From Callorhinchus milii (taxonomy: Eukaryota): 64,000 nucleotides of DNA. Below the pieces are notes generated by a model. That model saw only the letters and a program-made list of their open reading frames with translations, was not told the DNA's origin and made no database searches. The stretch covers positions 806,001-870,000 of the forward strand of contig NW_024704771.1 in assembly GCF_018977255.1 (NCBI RefSeq), given 5' to 3'. The position numbers and the translations under genes were made by a program. Positions 22,463 to 33,333 of the stretch are shown piece after piece (position 1 is the stretch's first letter; each line of letters starts with the position of its first letter).

Positions 22463-24257
22463 TTACTCATTCTGCAGAAAAAGTTTTCCCAGGTGCATAT
22501 CATGCAATCCTCCAGTGCCTTCTTCAAGCAAGCTAAGGTTGTCCTCACTAGTCATCATAAATGTGGTGGCAGGAATCATCTCAGAAATAGTACCCCGAAT
22601 AAGGGGAATAATACAACAGCAGCACAGCTTGAGAACAACTATTACTATTAACAGGTACATACCTAATTTCCATAGCTAAGCTCCCCATCCCCATTGAGAA
22701 AGCCACTTACTAAGCCAATCACAGGGTCTCTGAGGTTCCTTGATGGCAGACCGCATGTGAGAGATGACATTTGTCAAATTTTGATGGCCATCAGGAATAA
22801 AGAAACCGCAACTGGTCCCGAGCATTTTGCAAACACCTCCTTTCTCAGCCATAAGCATGTCTATTATCAGACGATATTGTATGATTGCCTTGCGCATGGC
22901 TCCCATTTCCCCATCTATGATCCCAACTGCTTCTACCGTCTCATTAGCCAGGGCATGTAACTGAGTCGCTAACCCATTCATTTTCAAGGCACCAGCAGTG
23001 CCCACATTAGCCCAGAAGGACCATCCTACCATTTCCCCTTGAGTGGTCCATGGATCCATGGTTGTATATCCATGGTAACTGCCTGTGACGGAGGAACGTT
23101 TGACTCGATTATTGGCCTGGCGTTTGGAACGGGTGTCATGCTCAGCTTCCAGGGGATACACCGCAATACCAGTTGTCACAATGGCCGGGTAACAACATCC
23201 AGTCCACTGGTTGGGGAGCTGGAGATAAGCAGTCCGTCCGCAAACCCAAACCATTGCCCCCCACCAGGGTTTCCCAGTGTGGAATTGCAGGCCCCTATCC
23301 CCATAGTAATGTTATATTTTTTAATGGTGCATACCTGAGAGGTGAAGTTGGCAATTACTCGTATACTGCAGATACTGTGGCCCACAAGTAACCCCTTGTC
23401 CATGTTGGTGCATAGACATGGCTTGCCCTCCTTGTATGGCACCTGATACGTGGGGCTGAATCCGGCAATACTATGGGTCTCCAGGCCTGTGGGGCAGTGA
23501 GATTATCTCCCGTGGCCTTGTTTTGAGCCAATAACAGCAGTTGAGCCATGTTGTTAGGGATGGTTCCCCCTTTATGTGTAATATTCACGTGCTTTACGGT
23601 GGACAGGGGAACAACGTGCAGGCGGGAACTCATTTGCTGACAAATCCAGCAGTGTTTTGTTTCGAGGCTTCCTGCCTGGAGTATCAAAAGTGCGCAAGCA
23701 TGATTATCATTGCAAATGCTCAGGGCCCGAGTGGCCGATTGAATTTTTTGTTTGGTTAATATCCAATCATCCTCCTCCCCAGAGACTGCCATTTCCTCAA
23801 TCAATTCTTCCTCCTCAGAGGTGGGAACTTTTGTGACTTCTGTAATTTTTGATTGTTGGGATTTGAGGACATTGATTACAANTTTTTGGTATAAATCCCC
23901 ATAAGGTCTTTCTGTACCACACCACCAGGTGCCTGCATCCGAATCAGACAGCTGTGTTATCTGAACTCTTGCCCCATCACTGTTTTGTATCTTTGAAATT
24001 GAGAACCGAGACCCAGTCGAGTGGCCTCGGCGTGTATTGGCCACTACCGAGTGCCAATTGTAGGGGCCACACGGATGTTTGCAGAAATACTTTTCATCAC
24101 GCTGGTGGCGGAAGTGAGCTTTAGTTTTACCTGAATCCTTGTAGGGCCAAGGATTGCAGTCAAAGGAGATGGTGCTCCCTTTTTCCCCTGAGACATGCTT
24201 ATCTTCGTTTGCTAGGACAAGGCTTCCCACTACTGTTACTAATAATAATGTAAACAT
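22463..24257 (-). pseudogene. env: Gamma-type retroviral env with an N-terminal IgV domain; two frameshifts and one nonsense codon
   Basis: gccATG and signal peptide; Ig domain; SU CWIC (CXXC); WVCG..AY..LP..W.GCCY; furin sites RSKR and RVKR; ISD-like IQYRLIIDMLMAEKGGVC; CX6C(G); TAG at 22676-22678, then in-frame membrane anchor and tail to 22463; one N base at 23882. Confidence 0.93.
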
Positions 24258-24368
24258 GGCGGGAATTGGGCAGTTACCTGATACCCGCAGTGTTTTCTTT
24301 AGTCTTCACTGGGTTGAGGTGAGCGTATCCTGGTGCATACACCCCCCTTTGTAACCAGACTTTAACAC

Positions 24369-25350
24369 TTACGTGGTATTTTCCTGTCCAATTCCCTCTG
24401 TTACCTTTTTACAATGTGTCAAATGTATCCAAGTAGTTCTTTCTACAATTTTAACAGCGGTGGTGGGAGTAGTCAGGAGGACTTGAAACGGTCCCTTCCA
24501 TTTAGGGTGATGCCAGGTCTTTCTTTTTACGTCTTTAATCAGGATCCAGTCTCCCGGTTGCAGCGAGGGGACCAACGATGTCTCGGTGATAGTCTGAGGG
24601 GGTAGAATATTAAGCATTTCTTTTTTATTAGATAGCATGTTTCGCATGTAGTCGGCTGGACATGCGTCCTTTAACTGCCCCTCGTTGTCTCCCAACTGGG
24701 GAATGCGATAGGCTTTTCCCTGTACTATCTCGAATGGTGATAGTGGTTTATTCCCTCGGACAATGCGCATGCTAGTAAGTGCCAATGGCAGGCAGGCTAC
24801 CCATCCCTTGCCTGTTTCCTGCATTGCCTTTTTTAATTTATTCTTAAGTGTACCGTTATGTCTCTCCACTAATCCGGCCGATTGAGGGTGGTAAGCGCAG
24901 TGCTTTTTCAGTTTTATGCCTAATTGTTTTCCGACGTGATCAAGGACTGCATTTCGAAACTCGGGTCCATTATCACTATATAGGACTTGAGGTATTCCCC
25001 ACCTCGGTATTATCTCGGGGCATAATATTTTTGTTACCGTTAGTGCGTCTATTTTTGCGGTGGGGAATGCCTCCACCCACCCTGAGAATGGGCATATCAT
25101 TACCAAACAATGCTGCTTTCCCTCACTTGGCGTCAAGTGAATGAAATCCATCATCCAATGAGCAAATGGCTCTGAGTGGGGGGTATTTGTCCTTTTGGGC
25201 ACTTTACTCCTCCCTGTGGGTTGTTTTGTAGACATGTAAGGCACTTTTTACAAAATTTTTTTGTATAGGATGAGAATCCGAAGGTTGTATATCTACCATT
25301 TATCATCGATACCATCCCCCCTTTTTAGACATGACATTTATCATGGCTCA
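24369..25350 (-). pseudogene. pol: Retroviral integrase
   Basis: Frameshifted HHCC remnant (SHDKCH...CKKCLTC); open core with D,D(35)E residues (WMMDF, YSDNG, VERHN); C-terminal [11 protein letters not shown] motif. Confidence 0.93.
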
Positions 25351-25830
25351 ATTCCGCCGCAATAGGGAAAAGTGCTTTGTTTACTGCTTGGATGTCCTGT
25401 ACCAATCGCCATCCGACGGGGAGAGGGACCTTCTTTACTGGAAAGAGTGGGGTGTTACAAGGGGAATCAGGACACGGAACAATGACCCCTTTTTCTTTTA
25501 ATTCTTCAATAATGGGTTTAATTCCTTCACGTGCTTCCGGCGAGATGGGATACTGTCTTTGGTATGGTCTGAAGGTGCTTTTAGGGTTAATTTTAATGGG
25601 CTCTACTCCCTGCATTAACCCAACATCCGCCGGACCCTGTGACCACAAAGATTCTGGGATTTGGTTTAACGCTTTTTCCAAATCTGCACTGAGCCCGATT
25701 AGTCACGGTCTCGCAGGGGGTCCTCTCATGAATCTTGCCCGTATACAATGAGCCACCCAATTCAGTTGTCTGGAGAATACTTTTCCCTTTTCTGAATACC
25801 AGATACCTGGTTTTCCTGTCTCCTTCCAAT
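25340..25830 (-). pseudogene. pol: pol linker and RT N-terminus, truncated by deletion
   Basis: ESLWSQGPADVG, QRQYPI, SPCNTPLFPVKK, WRLVQDIQAVN, then an abrupt jump into the integrase HHCC region (rest of RT and RNase H missing). Confidence 0.88.
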
Positions 25831-25869
25831 CAGTCAGCCTCTCTGATTCCTTTTTCTTTTTAGCGTTTC

Positions 25870-26165
25870 CTTCTTGACTGAGTCGTTTACGATACTCATA
25901 AGTGCCAGACTTGGGCTTCAGAATAATAGTATTTTCTCATTTTTTTGCTATCATCACCACATTTTTGTTTCAATTTATCTAATAATTCTTTAGTACTTTC
26001 GGGCTTCAATTTACCATCAAATCAAAACTTCTTTCTCCACATGAATTCTGGTTTCCCGCTCCCCGTAACTACGGCCTCCATACGTCAGCCATTAGGAGAC
26101 AATTCCACTTCCTCTACTCGCTTACAACACGTACAACAACCCCCTTTACTATTTCCATTGCCCAT
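25870..26165 (-). pseudogene. gag: gag matrix remnant
   Basis: ATG at 26165 reads MGNGNSK (MGxxxS myristoylation pattern); in-frame stops; continues WRKKF*FDGKL...; no capsid or nucleocapsid motifs follow. Confidence 0.55.
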
Positions 26166-26501
26166 GTTTAATTGTATTTGACTTATCTCAATCAGACACT
26201 TGTTATTCGCATATATATATATTTGTTTCGGGTAGTCCCGTCACTCACCCACTCTCCCGGTTTACCCCCAGACCGGCTCCACAACTCATCCCACTTGTCT
26301 GTCGAGGACGACTTTCTCTCAGGGGGATCCTCACCGATTTGAGGCTGTAGAGTGTGCGAGCAAATTATCCCAGATAATTCTTGTATACGGCCTTCCGATC
26401 CTTCTCGATCAAGGTCCGCCCAGCAGCGGGTTGTCCCGGACAACTCACGCATACAACTACTGGTCTGGTGGGTTTACCGTAAAGTGCGATGAGATGTTGG
26501 G

Positions 26502-26519
26502 ATCCCGGACGAGCCCCCA
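26502..26519 (-). other. Primer-binding site for tRNA-Pro
   Basis: TGGGGGCTCGTCCGGGAT, 18/18 identical to the canonical MLV PBS-Pro, 2 nt inside the 5' LTR. Confidence 0.96.
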
Positions 26520-26521
26520 AT

Positions 26522-27013
26522 TGTTAGATCCGCGAATTATGTGTCTGTATTTGGAGAGAAAAAATCTGATACAAGTAAACTTAAGAAACAAAGAATGGGT
26601 TTTTATTTCTACTTGTATACAGGAGCACACAATTGTTCCCGTATACAAATAGGATCTAATGTCTCCGTCAGACAAAAGATCCTTTTCTTCGGTACAATTA
26701 AGTTTTATACAGGAGTACACAAAATACACAGAAGGGGTGTTTTTTCTTACAGACCAATCAGGTTTGCTGCATGTTTTCCCACACTTCTTGCTTCAGCTAG
26801 TTTCAACTGTACTAATCTTGCAGTTTTACTAGAAGGCCATTTCTATGTTATCACCCGCCGTTCCTTACACTGTGGCCTTCAGATAACGGAATTCTACAAT
26901 AACAAGTCTAACCTACTTACTTATATCTGCTTAAAGGCATTTACACAGCAATAGGCCAGGGCACAAGCTACGATATACAATTAAACATACCATAACATCT
27001 TTTTTCTCTATCA
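26522..27013 (-). repeat. ERV 5' LTR (492 bp)
   Basis: Direct repeat of 21826-22321, followed on the minus strand by the PBS. Confidence 0.96.
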
Positions 27014-27247
27014 GTATCCTGGCCAACAATCCTACAGATAAATTGGTCATTCACTGCATAACTGTTTGTGGACATTGTGTGCGCAAATTTGCTGCCGTTT
27101 TTGCATACAAATAAGCAGTCACTACATATCACTGTAACCCCTGTGAAGGGCTTTGAGACTTCATGCAAATGTGATAAGGTTCTATATCAAATGAAAGAAT
27201 GATAGGATTATTATTAAATATGATACAAAATGTTCTTTATGTTACAG

Positions 27248-27367
27248 AGGTGTTTCTCCACCGAGGCCCAGACTGGCTGGTGGCTTTCCTTGTGGCGTTC
27301 AGCCTTGTGCTTGGAGCAGCTGGTGTGTTGATGTTCTTCTGCAGAAAACGATTGAAAAAAGTTAAAG
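27248..27367 (+). CDS. BTN-like gene B, transmembrane exon
   Basis: 120 nt, phase 1-1; WLVAFLVAFSLVLGAAGVLMFFC followed by the basic stop-transfer RKRLKKVK; paralogue at 63660-63779. Confidence 0.92.
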
Positions 27368-27429
27368 GTAATAAATGATTTTGAGATTCCCCCAAAACAT
27401 AATCTTTACTTTCATCCTTTATATAATCC

Positions 27430-28860
27430 ATAACATAGTGACGAGAGCACTGGCAATGTCTGAGCGGCAGTGACGAAGGTGAGAGTGAGTGTCTCGAGGT
27501 GTTGGGTGTGAGGTACTGGCGGAGGCGGGTGATATGGTGGGGGTGAATGAAGGTGGTTTTGATGAGGCAATGAATGTGAGGGAGAAAGGAAAGCTGGGGA
27601 TCAAACCAGATCCCATGATTGTCACTGAGAGAATTAGAGAGAGGGGCAGGGAAGCTTGTGGAGGTCAGAGCCAGAAGGGGATGGCTTCAGTCTTATCTAA
27701 ACAAACAAATTGAGATGGATCTTGAAGGAGGCATGAGAGGGGGTGAGGTGGGATGGAGTTCCAGAGGGGGGAGCAGAGAGGCTGAAGGCTTGCCCACCAG
27801 TGTTGGGGTGGGCAAAGCGGGGAACATGAAGCAGGCCGGAGGACGCTGAATGGAGGGAGCGGACAGGTTGTTATGAGGTTAGAAGGTCTCAGAGGTAGGG
27901 AGTAGCAAAGCCGAGGAGGTGAAGTAAGGATCAGGAGCTTGAACTATATCCTCTGAGTCATATCCTCAGTGATCCTGAGCCGGGCGATTATGAGGGTGAT
28001 AGTGTCGCGGTGCCTGGTGCAGGAGAGGACACGGGCTACAGATTTCTGGATAATCTGCAGCCTGTGGAGGGAGGAGTTGGGGAGGCCGACAAGCAGGGAG
28101 TTTGTGTAGTTCAGCCTGGATGTGATGAACGCGTGGATGAGGGTCTCGGTGGCCTCGGGTGAGAGAAGTGGCAGAGCCGGGCAATGTTGCAGAGGTGGGG
28201 AAAGGCAAAGCGGGTCATGGCATGGATATGGGGGATGAATGACTGTTGTGGGTTGAACAGGACACTGAGGTTCCTCATTGGCTCCTTGATGTGTAGAGTG
28301 CAGCCATGAAGGGCAATGCTGTCAGCGCCCGAGTTATGGAGGCGCTGATGGGAGCAATGCAGGACGGCCTTGGTCAACTGGAGAAAGTTAGCTCTCATCC
28401 AGGACTTGATGACTGACAGACATTCTGTGAGTACCGCAGTGATCCTGGAGTCGAGGTGGAGGTGGAGTTGGGTGTCATCACATACATGTGGGAGTTGACT
28501 CCATGTCTGTGGATGATATCACCAAGAGGGATCTATACTGATTTTGAGGACATTTTGGCTCATCCAGGCCTTGATATCTCACAATCAACTGGACAGATCA
28601 TCAGGGACCTGAGGTCGAGAGTAAATTTGGGGTCATCCACATCCATGTGGGAATTAAGTCCATGTCTGTGGATGATGTTGAGGGACAAAGTGACTGTGTT
28701 GGCCAGTAGTGGGCAGAGGAAGGGCAATTGGGTGGTCAGGAGATGGGTGGGGAGGGAGTTGAGGGAGCAGGTGGTGAGCTTTATGTTATGAGAAGGAAGA
28801 TGTGGTCGGGTGTATTTTGTTGATTTTTGTTGTTGAACGTGAAAGGCGCAATATAAATGT
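27430..28860 (-). mobile_element. L2 LINE fragments
   Basis: MRANFLQLTK...NLSVLFNPQQSFIPHI RT-like peptide (28111-28398); homologous to 41490-42650. Boundaries approximate. Confidence 0.65.
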
Positions 28861-29360
28861 CATTTTGTTGTTATTATTCTCTATTGTCTCTCACACATAA
28901 AGAGAAGTTGTGGGATAAAAGGCTGGAAATGTTAATCAGAATGTGTCTTGTCGTTTCCAAACTGTAGAAGGATTTGCTCACACAGAGGGATGTGAAGATG
29001 TAGAATTCTTTGCCCCAGAAATCTGTGGAGAAGGAATCAATGTGAATGTTTAAATGAGAGACAGAGACTCAGATAGTAGAAATATTTGGTGAAGAGCAGG
29101 GAATTGGATTTATAAGATTAAAATTGGTGGAATAGACTCATGGGCTGAATTGTCTCCTCCTGTTCCTCTTTTCCTTTACTAAAAGCTGATGTCAATTAGA
29201 AGTTACCTAAAGCAGAGCCTTTAGTGCACTGTTATTTTCACTAATATTTAATAAAATATTGTATTAACATTTCTGCTGGATTGTTTCTGTTACATTTAAG
29301 GGAAATGTCCTACAGTTTATTGATGAGGACAACACTGACGATTGTGTTTTTATTTTCCAG

Positions 29361-29396
29361 TTTATGAAAATCTAAAAAAGGGATTTAAAAATCTGG
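29361..29396 (+). CDS. Gene B micro-exon, 36 nt (VYENLKKGFKNL)
   Basis: ttttccag acceptor, G|gtaagt donor, open in phase 1. Confidence 0.75.
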
Positions 29397-30561
29397 GTAA
29401 GTAACAACATTACAAACATCCCCGAGCCTCAGCCTCCCCGAGAGTCAGGTCCTCGGAGACCTGCCACAAGCCCTTCCTGTGCTCTCTGGTGACCTCAGCA
29501 TTTATATACATAACACACCCAGACACATGCACACACACACTCAGACACATGTGCACACACACACAGACACATGCACACACACGAATGTGCACACACACAC
29601 AGAGTCACAGAACAACCTAAACTAAACCCATCTCCTGTGGAGTGAAGAAATGTGTGATGATTCTGTGCAGATGAGGAGAATCTCATGGTGTTTGACTGTA
29701 GAGAGAAAGTGAAACTTACACTTTAACACAAATTAAATCATTCTGATACAATGAGGGAAATAAAAAACATGATGTAAATGAGTCTCTGAATGAGATTCCA
29801 CTCAGTTAGATTCTGTTCCAAAATATTTAACTTTTACATCTGTGACCTGAAATAATTTACATTGATATAACTGCCTCCATGCGCTGGGTCAGGGTGAAAG
29901 GGGAGGTGACCGTACACTCGGTTAAAGAGGAAGGTCTTCAGGTGCGATGAAGATGGTCAAAGAGGGGGGAGTGAGATGGAGGGATTGAGACAGGGAGTTC
30001 TGTGTGTTTGGTGGTAAGTGGTTGAAGACATGGCCACCAATGGTGGGGCGGAGGGGAGTCAGGGATGAGCAGAAAGCCAGAGCAGCCCAAATAAAGGGGT
30101 GGGTAGAGGAGTGGGGTGTGAGCAGGTCGGAGAGGTAGGGAGGTGCTGGACATGAGGTGATTTGTCAGTGAGTGTGAGGATGGAGTGGGGGTTGGAGTTT
30201 GTTGTGGGTAATGTACCAAATGTTAAGGATTATTAATATTATCATTATTCACTTATTGAGATTGTAAATGTTTAATCAGTTTTATCAGTTTCTGCAGTGC
30301 AAAAAATCCCCATTTTTAATGTGAATTATAACACAAATTGTGAAATAAAAATAGATTAAGAAAATCTTATATTTTCGGTTTGTTTACTGATTTCACTTCC
30401 TTCATTTGATGTGAGCACATATCCTCCTATCACAGTGAGTTTGGAAAGTTTGGGCTTAAAGGAAAATAAAGAAACTGAATAAAATAAACCAGATAAGTTT
30501 GTTAACTTTTTTTCAAAAATTTCAAAATACATTTTCTAAAACCTTTTCTTTTGTTTTAAAG

Positions 30562-30588
30562 ATAATGAACTGAAATCTGCCAAACAAG
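30562..30588 (+). CDS. Gene B micro-exon, 27 nt (DNELKSAKQ)
   Basis: ttttaaag acceptor, AG|gtacag donor. Confidence 0.65.
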
Positions 30589-30766
30589 GTACAGTACATT
30601 GTGTTATTGGCACTAAGTGTTTATGATGGAATTCCATCAGTGATGATGTCCCATAAGTGAATCAATCAATGACAACTGACTTCAACATTCAAACCGTCTT
30701 CACTCAATGGCTTTCAGTCTCGTGAGAAACTTTACATTGTTTATTAATATTTGTTTCTTTCTTTAG

Positions 30767-30793
30767 ACCAAAAATACATGAAAAAAACACTGG
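30767..30793 (+). CDS. Gene B micro-exon, 27 nt (DQKYMKKTL)
   Basis: ttctttctttag acceptor, G|gtaagt donor. Confidence 0.75.
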
Positions 30794-31351
30794 GTAAGTT
30801 TTAATCTCCTGGAGCGTAAAATAAGTTTCCTTCTCATCGCGCCTCCCCTTGTTTTAAAGGATGATTCTGGGAAGGGTCAGTGGGAAAGGGGGTTAGTGAT
30901 AATTTTGGATAATGATAAGCTGTGAGGTTTCAGCACGAAAAACATGAGCAATTCCCCTCAATCCATCCTCTGTGGACCACAAGCCTTGCTTCTGGCCAAT
31001 CCATGTCTAAACATTAGTAAACCCAGGAGCATGGCGCTGGGGAGAGGGTTCATTCTATATCAGACACGGAAACTCTACATACAGTATGTGGATCTCTGAG
31101 TAGTTTGGTTTGGAGACTCTTAACGCCAGTGATGGGTTTGTGTGTGTGTCAGACTCTGACCAAAACTAAGTCCATGTGTTTTTTTTAATTGGTGAAAACA
31201 AACTCTGATTGGGATTTGGTGAGATCCTGAAGCCTCAGTGGTGAAGGGTTGTTTATCAGCTGAATCACAAGACTGTGAATAGGTTCAGTGTGTAACAGTG
31301 GGGGGTGATTTGTGGAAATAAACAATCAATAAATATATTGTTTCCTTTCAG

Positions 31352-31378
31352 AACTGAAAAAACAATTCACCAAATCAG
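31352..31378 (+). CDS. Gene B micro-exon, 27 nt (ELKKQFTKS)
   Basis: tttcctttcag acceptor, AG|gtactt donor. Confidence 0.7.
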
Positions 31379-32325
31379 GTACTTGATGGCTTTATCCTCA
31401 TTTACTGTTGTTGATGTTATTGATGTAGAATTGTGCTGCTTCTCAAAGGATCAATTATTATCACCTCTGATAAAGCTAATAAATTAAATGTAAGAAATAC
31501 GATTATATTAAGATTATAAGCAAAGTTTGACGTGAACTTTCAATGTACAGTTCAGTCATCTCACATCTACAAATGTGATCAGTTTGTCAGACTCTGTAAC
31601 CTGGAGTGATCTGAACCCAGATATTGAGTTACACCGATAGATTACAGTAGAACAGAAGAAATGCTGGAGGAGAAAAGCCCAATATCCATCCAGTTTGCCT
31701 TCCACCTTCCTGGCAGTCACATGCAAATGTGTCCCAAACTACCTCTGTACTATATCCCATAATGTTATTTCCTAAAATAACATTTCTAATCTGTGTTTGA
31801 AAGAATCTACTCAATAATAATAATCTTTGCATTTGATATAGTGCTTTTCACATCTTTTAGACATCTCAAAGCGCTTCACACAATATACAGTAAAGTGAAT
31901 TTACTGTATATTTGTGAGCGAAATGCTGCAGTCGATTGCGCACAGCAGCGTCCCCCAAACAGTCGAGGATTGAAGTGACCAATTTATTATTATTTTCCTT
32001 TCTGGAGGGATTATTATGAGGTGTGTGGAGTAAGGAAACTTGCCCATGGTTTTTCCCTGTGGGAATTGAACCCAGGTTTCTCGCTTGCAAGGGGAGTGCT
32101 CCAACCACTGAGCTACAGGACTCCACAGGATCATTGGTGAAATCATACTCTTAGTACAGTCTCACCAATGACTTACAAAGTGACCCGATTACCCCACTAT
32201 TTCCATTTGCTATTGATCTTTTGATACATCCCAACAACAGATTGTCAGAAATAACATATTGAAGTTTACAAAAGATGAAATTATAAGCAAAATCTTATTA
32301 AATTAAAACTTCTGTTTCTTTCCAG

Positions 32326-32352
32326 AGTGGGAGGTCGTTGGCAGTTGTAAAT
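32326..32352 (+). CDS. Gene B micro-exon, 27 nt (EWEVVGSCK)
   Basis: ttctttccag acceptor, T|gtaagt donor. Confidence 0.7.
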
Positions 32353-32360
32353 GTAAGTTA

Positions 32361-32508
32361 CCTCACATTACAGGCAAGTTATACACCCCACATTACAGGC
32401 TGGTTATAGACCCCACATTACAGGCTGGTTATACACCCCACATTACAGGCTGGTTATAGAGATCCTACATTACAGGCTGGTTATAGACCCCACATTACAG
32501 GCTGGTTA
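32361..32508 (+). repeat. About six copies of a 25-bp unit (ccccacattacaggctggttataga)
   Basis: Direct inspection; begins about 8 nt after a splice donor. Confidence 0.9.
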
Positions 32509-33306
32509 GTACATTGTCAGTGTGCAGAGGAAGTTGCTCTTGTTGACGATGTGTAGAAATTATCAGCAAAATGCAGGTTCATAAAGTGATTAACAAAATA
32601 TCGCTCATAACCTAATTTTCAGTCTAGTTTTCAGTTGCGTAAAGTGTAGATGTGTATCCCAATAAATACCGTATGTGTGACAGGATGGGGTGGGTGTAGC
32701 AGAGACTGTTGTGTCAAGTGGACTCACCATTGCGAGTTGTGTTAGTGACACCCTGATAATGAGCTCCTGAGCCCAGCTGATAAACTTGTGTTTTCTCTCA
32801 GGCTGCAAGGATCTTCTCGTGGGGTTTGGTAAGAGACTTGATTTAATACAATGCTTCATCACTTCGTTGAGACGTCTCAAAGCGCTTCACAGAATATACT
32901 GCAAGGAGAATTGACTATATTTTCTGGGCAAATCGCGGCTGCTAATTTCACACAGACTGCAGTGTCCCACAAACAGTCATGGATAAATGACGAAATTACT
33001 ATTTTGGGGGAAAAAATTATTACCCCCAGAAAGGGATCCATTAATCGATTAATGATTGGGTTCCTACTTCCTGCGAGGTAAACAGAGGCAAGTGGAGTAA
33101 GGAAACTTGCCCAACGTTTCACACTGCCAGGAATCAAACCCAGTTCCTCTCTTTCTTCCAAGGTGAGAGCTCTAACCACTGAGCTACACGACTCTGGAAT
33201 ATTAATGCAATAAAGAAAATGATTGTGTAATGACGCATAAACACAACTGTATAAAACAATCTCAATTGAACAAATTGATTCTAACAAAATTTTCTTTCAT
33301 TTCCAG

Positions 33307-33333
33307 TCAAGGCCAGAATCCACAGTTATGCAG
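33307..33333 (+). CDS. Gene B micro-exon, 27 nt (FKARIHSYA)
   Basis: ttccag acceptor, GCAG|gtaaga donor; paralogue of 189-215. Confidence 0.8.

Larger units (their letters stand above)
21826..27013 (-). mobile_element. Internally deleted class I (gamma/epsilon-like) endogenous retrovirus, 5188 bp
   Basis: TG...CA termini, GTAT target-site duplication (21822-21825 and 27014-27017), paired LTRs, PBS, PPT, and gag/pol/env remnants in the order 5'LTR-gag-pol-env-3'LTR on the minus strand. Confidence 0.97.
21653..27215 (+). mobile_element. Deu-domain-type SINE split by the ERV (21653-21825 and 27014-27215)
   Basis: tRNA head plus ggagatgctgtccttcagatgagatgttgaaccgagg...caggtgga...aaagatcc, as I recall for DeuSINE consensus; uninterrupted paralogue at 63253-63625. 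Confidence 0.75.

Noticed and set aside
29671-29688. Possible additional 18-nt micro-exon (DEENLM)
   Set aside because: The acceptor is plausible but the donor (gtgttt) is weak, and no paralogous copy in the window supports it.
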